This document shows positions 60,263 through 64,000 of a stretch of 64,000 nucleotides of DNA, piece after piece. The stretch's first letter is position 1, and the number at the start of each line of letters is the position of its first letter. Below the pieces are notes generated by a model, which was given only the letters and a program-made list of their open reading frames with translations, had not been told where the DNA came from and did not search any database. A program made the translations under genes and the position numbers. Origin of the DNA: an uncultured virus (IMG/VR IMGVR_UViG_3300020599_000005) (lineage: Duplodnaviria; Heunggongvirae; Uroviricota; Caudoviricetes); IMG/VR virus record IMGVR_UViG_3300020599_000005; one strand, written 5' to 3'.

Positions 60263-60802
60263 ATGGAACCTAAACTGGGCCTCATTGTGGCAGCAACGCC
60301 CCAAGGACATATCGGTTATAAGAACGGGATTCCGTGGGTTCTCAAGGGCGATCTGGCCAACTTCAAGAGCCTGACGCTGGGTCAGGTGGTCATCATGGGT
60401 AGCAATACCTATGAGTCGCTTCCCAATGCCCCTCTCCCCAACCGCGTGAACATCGTGGTGGGTAAACGGTACCATGGTCACTCAGGTTTTCTCGATGAAG
60501 ACCTGGGGCTGTACACTGCACCGACCCTGGGAGATGCGATCGAACTGGCTAAGCGCTTTGCTACCGACTGGATTTACTTCATCGGTGGCGTTCGTATCTA
60601 CGAGGAGGCTTTGCCGCTAGTTGAAGTTGCTCACGTAACCCTGGTGCACAAACAGGGAGAGTACGACACCCAAATCAACAACCTCAATTTTCCGGTCTCG
60701 TTATGGTCGCTTGATAGCAACCACGTGACGGTGTTCGACACCGATCCAGAGATTGGTCTTCCCATCCCCTCTCACACTTACCTCACGTATCGTCGCAAGT
60801 AA
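60263..60802 (+). CDS. folA: Dihydrofolate reductase
   Basis: IG..NGIPW...DL..FK..T..VIMG..TYESL...PLPNR.NIV; IGG..IY. Confidence 0.93.
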   Translation: MEPKLGLIVAATPQGHIGYKNGIPWVLKGDLANFKSLTLGQVVIMGSNTYESLPNAPLPNRVNIVVGKRYHGHSGFLDEDLGLYTAPTLGDAIELAKRFATDWIYFIGGVRIYEEALPLVEVAHVTLVHKQGEYDTQINNLNFPVSLWSLDSNHVTVFDTDPEIGLPIPSHTYLTYRRK

Positions 60803-60853
60803 TTTTGTAATGCTGCGTGTAGTGGTATAGAGGGCAAGCAAGGAGATACACCC

Positions 60854-61465
60854 TTGGATAAGCTCAGCGTAGAAACTATCGCAGCGATCTGTCATGATGC
60901 CAACCGCCGTCTTGCTCTGGCAAACGGCGATTCGGAAGTGCTGCCTGGTTGGGATGAACTGACCGATGAGCAGAAGCAAGTCTCGGTCCGTGGCGTGGAG
61001 TTTCGCGTCAACAACCCCGATGGCAGTGCTGCCGAGAGTCACGAAAACTGGCGGCAAGGTCTGTTGGCAGATGGCTGGCAATACGGCGAAACCCTCGACA
61101 AGGAAAACAAGGTGCACAACCTCCTGGTCGACTACAGCGAACTGCCCGAAGCTGACCGTGCCAAGGACGCTCTGTTCGTGGGCATCGTCGATGCACTGAA
61201 GCCCTACCTGGGCACTCAGGTCTCGACCGAGAACGAAGACCTCATGACCCAGGAAGAGCCGGACGAGGAGACTCGCAATGGCATCGTCATCGAGTCTGAT
61301 GGTACCGGCGATCAGGACGCTCTAGCAGACGCCCTGAAAGCCATCGAAGACAACGGCCAAGGGGAAGGCGCGGCCAAGCTGACCGAGCAGTACCCCAACG
61401 CCGGTAAAGGCAGCGATGAGCTGCAAGCACCGAAAGATGACGGCTGCGTAGTCGGGTCGATGTAA
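60854..61465 (+). CDS. RyR-domain protein with acidic tail
   Basis: H..W....L.DGW.YG...D...K.H..LV.Y.ELPE....KD; TTG start with AAGGAG RBS. Confidence 0.82.
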   Translation: MDKLSVETIAAICHDANRRLALANGDSEVLPGWDELTDEQKQVSVRGVEFRVNNPDGSAAESHENWRQGLLADGWQYGETLDKENKVHNLLVDYSELPEADRAKDALFVGIVDALKPYLGTQVSTENEDLMTQEEPDEETRNGIVIESDGTGDQDALADALKAIEDNGQGEGAAKLTEQYPNAGKGSDELQAPKDDGCVVGSM

Positions 61466-61675
61466 TCCTCCTGACTATTCCGCCCATCAAACTTCGACCT
61501 CCAGTTGCTGTGCACCCTACCTACTAACAGTTGGCAGACGTAGCCCAGAATCAAGGCCTCTGGACAAGAAGACCCCATGTCACTCCCTCCATCGGGTGAC
61601 ATGCCATCGTGGACCATGCACGGGGAGGCGACTCCCCGTTGTATGCCCTATCCGTAAAACAAGGAGAATCGCTCT

Positions 61676-61954
61676 ATGCCCGTTACTCTGCGCGATGCCG
61701 TGGACGAGAAAACCAGACTGCGTCTGAGAACCGAAGTGACCAAACACGTCCCGCCGGCTAAGCCGACGCTTGACAAATCGATCCTGGCCAATGGCCCTGT
61801 CCAATACAAGACCGTGCGTGCTGGTCGTACCAGTCATGCGTGGCTGGTGGAGATCAAGAAAGACGACGTGGTGCTCAAGGATGACCTGGACCGCAAGGAC
61901 AGTTACACCCTGGGCATGACCAAGTTCCTGAAGTTCTACGTGCGCGCTGACTGA
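61676..61954 (+). CDS. Small hypothetical protein
   Basis: 92 aa, AAGGAG RBS. Confidence 0.75.
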   Translation: MPVTLRDAVDEKTRLRLRTEVTKHVPPAKPTLDKSILANGPVQYKTVRAGRTSHAWLVEIKKDDVVLKDDLDRKDSYTLGMTKFLKFYVRAD

Positions 61955-62010
61955 CGGCATAGACGGGGAGCTTCGGCTCCCCGTCTTAATCCGTCTCTAA
62001 GGAGTCATCT

Positions 62011-62886
62011 GTGAGTAAGTCGTTGATCCTGTTCTCAGGGGGGCTGGATTCTACCTACCTGCTGTGGAGTCGCTTGCAGGCAGGGTATATGACTCAAGGT
62101 TTGTTATACGTCGGGGATGCTAAGTCCCATGGCATCAAAGCCGAAGCCGAACTCTGGGCTCAGGACCGTATTCTGGTCTGGTTAAAGAAACAATTCCCAA
62201 CTTTTGCCTTTATCCCAGAATGGCCGACCAACAAGGTGCAGTTCGGTGGAGCCGAGGACGTCAAGTTTGGTCAACCTTTCCCTTGGCTGATCGCTGCCAT
62301 GGAACGGGTTAACGAACGTTACTGCGAGGTCGCCATCGGGTACGTCCTGGGCGATCAAATCACCCAACACCTGACTGACCTGCAAACGGCATGGAACGCT
62401 GTGTGGAAGTTTACCAAACACGGTGACACTGTCCCGTTGACATTCCCACTGCGATATTGCACCAAGGAGCGCATTCTCACTGAGATACCCTTGGAGCTGT
62501 ACGAACTCACCTGGGTGTGCGAACGTCCCATCGACGTCTTGCGTACCTACGGCGATTTCGAACCGGGGATGCACCCTTACCTTCCGTGTGGTAAGTGCGT
62601 TCCTTGTATTACTAGAAAACTAGAGGAGCACCGTTTTAAACTCACTCATGGCGTTACCCTGCGCCAGTATCATTACGACAAAATCAAGGAGAAGAGAGAT
62701 GACTCTCATCAACCGCGACGCGATCCTGCTCAAGTTACAGAACCTGAAGAACGCCAAGTCGGCTCCGATCAGTGTGGAGATCACCCTGCTGGCGGAGGAG
62801 CCACTGTACATCTGGATCACCAAAGACGGGACGACGTACAGCAAGCATGCGCTCAAACGGTGGTTGGGTGTGCTGGAACCCGGTGA
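62011..62886 (+). CDS. QueC-like PP-loop ATP pyrophosphatase
   Basis: LFSGGLDS PP-loop; TW.CE.P...CGKCVPC Zn site; AAGGAG RBS. Confidence 0.82.
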   Translation: MSKSLILFSGGLDSTYLLWSRLQAGYMTQGLLYVGDAKSHGIKAEAELWAQDRILVWLKKQFPTFAFIPEWPTNKVQFGGAEDVKFGQPFPWLIAAMERVNERYCEVAIGYVLGDQITQHLTDLQTAWNAVWKFTKHGDTVPLTFPLRYCTKERILTEIPLELYELTWVCERPIDVLRTYGDFEPGMHPYLPCGKCVPCITRKLEEHRFKLTHGVTLRQYHYDKIKEKRDDSHQPRRDPAQVTEPEERQVGSDQCGDHPAGGGATVHLDHQRRDDVQQACAQTVVGCAGTR

Positions 62887-63055
62887 GCGATTGCTGGGTT
62901 GGTCGGATGAACCCGAGCACGAACAGATCGCCGTGCATCACCTGTACCTGCTCGAAGATGAGCAGGAAGGTCTGGTAACGTTCGCCACCGATGAATGGCC
63001 CATCGGCTTCCGGGCAGTGATTGGCAGTGAGGTCCTGGAAGAACTCGAGGCGTAA
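62699..63055 (+). CDS. Hypothetical protein overlapping the QueC-like tail
   Basis: ATG at 62699 with AAGGAG RBS. Confidence 0.65.
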   Translation: MTLINRDAILLKLQNLKNAKSAPISVEITLLAEEPLYIWITKDGTTYSKHALKRWLGVLEPGERLLGWSDEPEHEQIAVHHLYLLEDEQEGLVTFATDEWPIGFRAVIGSEVLEELEA

Positions 63056-63134
63056 TCATTCCAGTGTTTGCGTAGGGTTTCCTCAAATTTTATGATTTGC
63101 TAGGAAACCCGACCGCTTACATTGGAGACCACTA

Positions 63135-63686
63135 ATGGATGACGATTCCATCCTAACGGTCGTGGACAGCATATTCAGGTTTTGCGGTGGACGGTATATC
63201 AACCTACCCGTTAAAGATGACCTGAAACGCGATATCAAAAAACTGGGCCCATTCAGGGCTTTGTTGGTCGATATCCATGTAGGTCGGGACCTGACAGTGA
63301 TCCTGTTTAAGAACCCAACCTTCCATGGCCCGGTGATCATTCGACGCTACCCGGCGTTGATCAATGATGATCGGGACGCCTTGCTGTATACAGCCCTCAG
63401 CACCATCATCAGTAAAGTGGTGTTTAACATGCGTACTGTTCCGCAGAGCATGATGGTCAAAACCTTCCTCGTCGAAAACAACGAGGAGATAGACTGGATG
63501 CCTGCGTTGAACGATGAACTAGGAGAAGCCATCGTTAAAGGACTGTTTGCCAAGCGCAGCACTTTCGGATTTGGGATGGGTGAGTTCAGTGTCTTCCTCG
63601 AGGATGCGCATTATCGAGGCTGGCATTTTAAGCCACCTCGGTATTACAACAATATCTTCTCATTGCCGGACAGGCGAGGGAGATAA
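63135..63686 (+). CDS. Hypothetical protein
   Basis: 183 aa, GGAG RBS. Confidence 0.7.
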   Translation: MDDDSILTVVDSIFRFCGGRYINLPVKDDLKRDIKKLGPFRALLVDIHVGRDLTVILFKNPTFHGPVIIRRYPALINDDRDALLYTALSTIISKVVFNMRTVPQSMMVKTFLVENNEEIDWMPALNDELGEAIVKGLFAKRSTFGFGMGEFSVFLEDAHYRGWHFKPPRYYNNIFSLPDRRGR

Positions 63687-63689
63687 CCC

Positions 63690-64000
63690 ATGTATCCCCT
63701 CCATTATTACGTGATCCTTGCAGCCATTACGTTCATTGGTTTCGTGGGTAAAGACAGCTTGGTGCTGTCATTGTACACGGACCATCGCCCGAAGAAACCC
63801 AACACCCCCAATGCGTTCTACATTGGCTACATGGCTACTCACTGGGTGGCCACCTTCTCGTTATTCTGGTTGCTGGAATTGATCTGGCGTTCATACACGC
63901 ATGTCGAGGACAGCTATTACGGGTTTGTCTTGGCCAACACGGAAGCTGCCATTCGTTTCGGTAGTTTTGTATTTTCGAAACGAAAACACAGTAATGTGTC
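63690..64000 (+). CDS. Membrane protein, truncated by window end
   Basis: ATG 63690 after GAGGGAG; open to the end; two hydrophobic segments. Confidence 0.6.
   Translation, partial: MYPLHYYVILAAITFIGFVGKDSLVLSLYTDHRPKKPNTPNAFYIGYMATHWVATFSLFWLLELIWRSYTHVEDSYYGFVLANTEAAIRFGSFVFSKRKHSNV

Noticed and set aside
1..64000. CRISPR array, tRNA/rRNA genes, stop-codon reassignment, reverse transcriptase or DGR
   Set aside because: No regularly spaced direct repeats, cloverleafs or RT motifs seen by eye; genes read fully in the standard code and use all three stops

Overview
The window is a segment of a GC-rich, nucleus-forming jumbo phage (phiKZ-like, Chimalliviridae). Gene order follows my recollection of the phiKZ gp54-gp101 block. 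The left part holds the probable chimallin C-terminus, four non-virion RNAP subunits (gp55, gp68, gp71-73, gp74 equivalents), an SbcD/Mre11 nuclease, ChmC-like and PicA-like proteins and an SF2 helicase. The middle holds a virion RNAP beta' piece and a family-B DNA polymerase N-terminal/exonuclease subunit. A large head/inner-body/baseplate cluster follows, then an accessory block (radical SAM, DHFR, RyR-domain, QueC-like). Notable signals read directly from the sequence: (1) two closely related group I introns, one splitting the RNAP catalytic NAD|FDGD motif and carrying an HNH endonuclease in L1, the other ORF-less in the DNA polymerase, both inserted after GGAU; (2) an Ala-initiated class-3-type intein with a degenerate LAGLIDADG domain in the helicase P-loop; (3) a probable programmed -1 frameshift (U8 run) fusing two minus-strand genes, as in tail chaperones; (4) a 1439-aa protein with about 17 Trp-rich repeats of about 75 aa; (5) a dispersed family of about 14 intergenic hairpins flanked by CGGCATA/TATGCCG; (6) a TACATTAT promoter-like motif, with a near-copy inside the intron. 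phiKZ gene equivalences come from motifs plus remembered synteny, not from a database search.
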